The translations under genes were made by a program, and so were the position numbers. Under the pieces are notes generated by a model. It saw only the letters and a program-made list of their open reading frames with translations, did not search any database and was not told where the DNA came from. Positions 62,714-64,000 of a stretch of 64,000 nucleotides of DNA are shown here, piece by piece; the first letter of the stretch is position 1, and each line of letters opens with the position of its first letter. Source of the stretch: Yuukianura sp. NJ FZ-2021 (taxonomy: Eukaryota); assembly GCA_046563655.1 (NCBI GenBank), contig CM102284.1:8866001-8930000 (forward strand), written 5' to 3'.

Positions 62714-64000
62714 ATGAAGCGAGGATTTGATAGAATTGATCCAGAAAGTGCGGGTTGCTCGGAACAAGCGAAAGACGATGGGATTGGACCTGGACCGGCC
62801 AAACGGCCTGATCCGATTATTCGGGGGGCAAAGGCACCACAGTGTAACAAAGAAAAGACTTCGAGTGATCATGGAATTCGAATTCTCATTACAACCAGGG
62901 TAAGTCAAAGTTAGTTGATGTCGATTTAAAACGTTAAACATTTAAATTTAAGTTGCAAGTAAACTAACAATAATTGTTTTCCTTTTCAATGTATTTTTCA
63001 TAGCCTGCTGGAAGGATCATTGGTTTTCGCGGAGAGGTGATTACTAAACTTCGAGCAAAGGTATTTTGTAGAAGAGTTACATTTTTATGTCGTTACATCA
63101 AAATTTTATGTAGGGTTACAAAAAAAACTACTTAACAACTTGGGACAGAAGTTGATTTAAGTTTCATGTTTTGAATATTTTTAGTATCCAACAGTCGCCA
63201 TTCGAGTCCCAGAGTCTGGAACGCCGGAGAGGTAAGGTGACCTTCACTTTTTAAATTCTGTCCAGTATTTATTAGTTTGTATGCCGTGCTAATTCTTGTT
63301 TATTCTTGACAATCTAGGGTCGTTGACCTCTGGTCCAAGTCAATGAACGGTGTGATCGAAATGTTCATAGAAGTTGTCCACATGCTTCATGAAGTAAGTG
63401 TTAAGATTTTCATTTAGTACATGGTACTACCTACAGTTTTACACAAAACTGTTAAATTAATTAAGTTTTACTATGATTTTTTGATTTTTTAAGGATTTAG
63501 GCGTCAAAGTGAAGCAGGAACTTGAAGGGAGCTTGGAAGTTCGGCTGCTCTGCAACAAAGATCAGCTTGTCACCATTAGCAAGCGCATGGAAAACAGCGA
63601 CAATGGACTAATGGAGTTGAGCAGGGTAGAGTTAATTAAAATTAACTTAATTAAAACTAATCACAATTAATGAATTGTCTTGTTTGTCTATTTTTTTAAC
63701 AGTCCAAAGGAGTTCAGCTGACGACTTTTCCAAAACTGGCTCCGAAAAGTACTGACCAAGTTGTGTCGTTGTTTGGTGCTCCGGACAGCATCATTGCGTT
63801 TGTCTTCTCCTACTTGAAACAAGTATCAGAAGTGAGTCACTCACTTTAAGTACTGTTACGATTTTCAAAAATCTTTTTTTTTTTGAAAAACAAGTTTTGA
63901 ATTTGTTTTTACTCGTTTTGATTAGCTCAAGCAAGTGCCTCCGGATGTCACCGAGGAGCAGGAGGAGGAGCAACCGTATGATCCTAAAAACTGGATCGGA
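62714..64000 (+). CDS. KH-domain protein, divergent hnRNP K-like; partial, runs off the window
   Basis: MKR start; IRILI..PAGRIIGFRGEVITKLR..IRVPESGTPER; second KH domain EVRLL; QPYDP. Confidence 0.7.

Overview
AT-rich eukaryotic genomic DNA with many short GT-AG introns. It is animal and probably arthropod, possibly a springtail-type hexapod; the taxon is inference only. Ordinary spliced genes make up most of the window: ACER3-like alkaline ceramidase, RRM1, angiomotin, an SDR/retinol dehydrogenase, COX6B, a Roadblock/LC7 protein, a Spot14/MID1IP1 gene, a PHB-depolymerase-like secreted esterase, a C2H2 zinc-finger gene, DARS2, NT5DC-like, RNF212/Zip3-like, a latrophilin-like adhesion GPCR and a partial hnRNP-K-like KH gene. 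Several MITEs and minisatellites lie between or inside them. The standout region is about 38.5-48.8 kb. (i) A three-unit tandem array at 39.48-40.22 kb reads as circularly permuted tRNA-like genes: the 3' half precedes the 5' half, the two ends pair into a bulge-helix-bulge/loop at the anticodon, each unit ends in a T-run, and a variable hairpin with two 9-10 nt loops extends the acceptor stem. (ii) An apparently intact, intron-containing Transib (RAG1-core-like) transposon has CACAGTG ends, a 5-bp target-site duplication (TSD) and a convergent acidic passenger gene. (iii) A second, non-autonomous Transib starts 45 bp after the end of the first. All calls come from reading the sequence by eye; no searches or folding programs were run.
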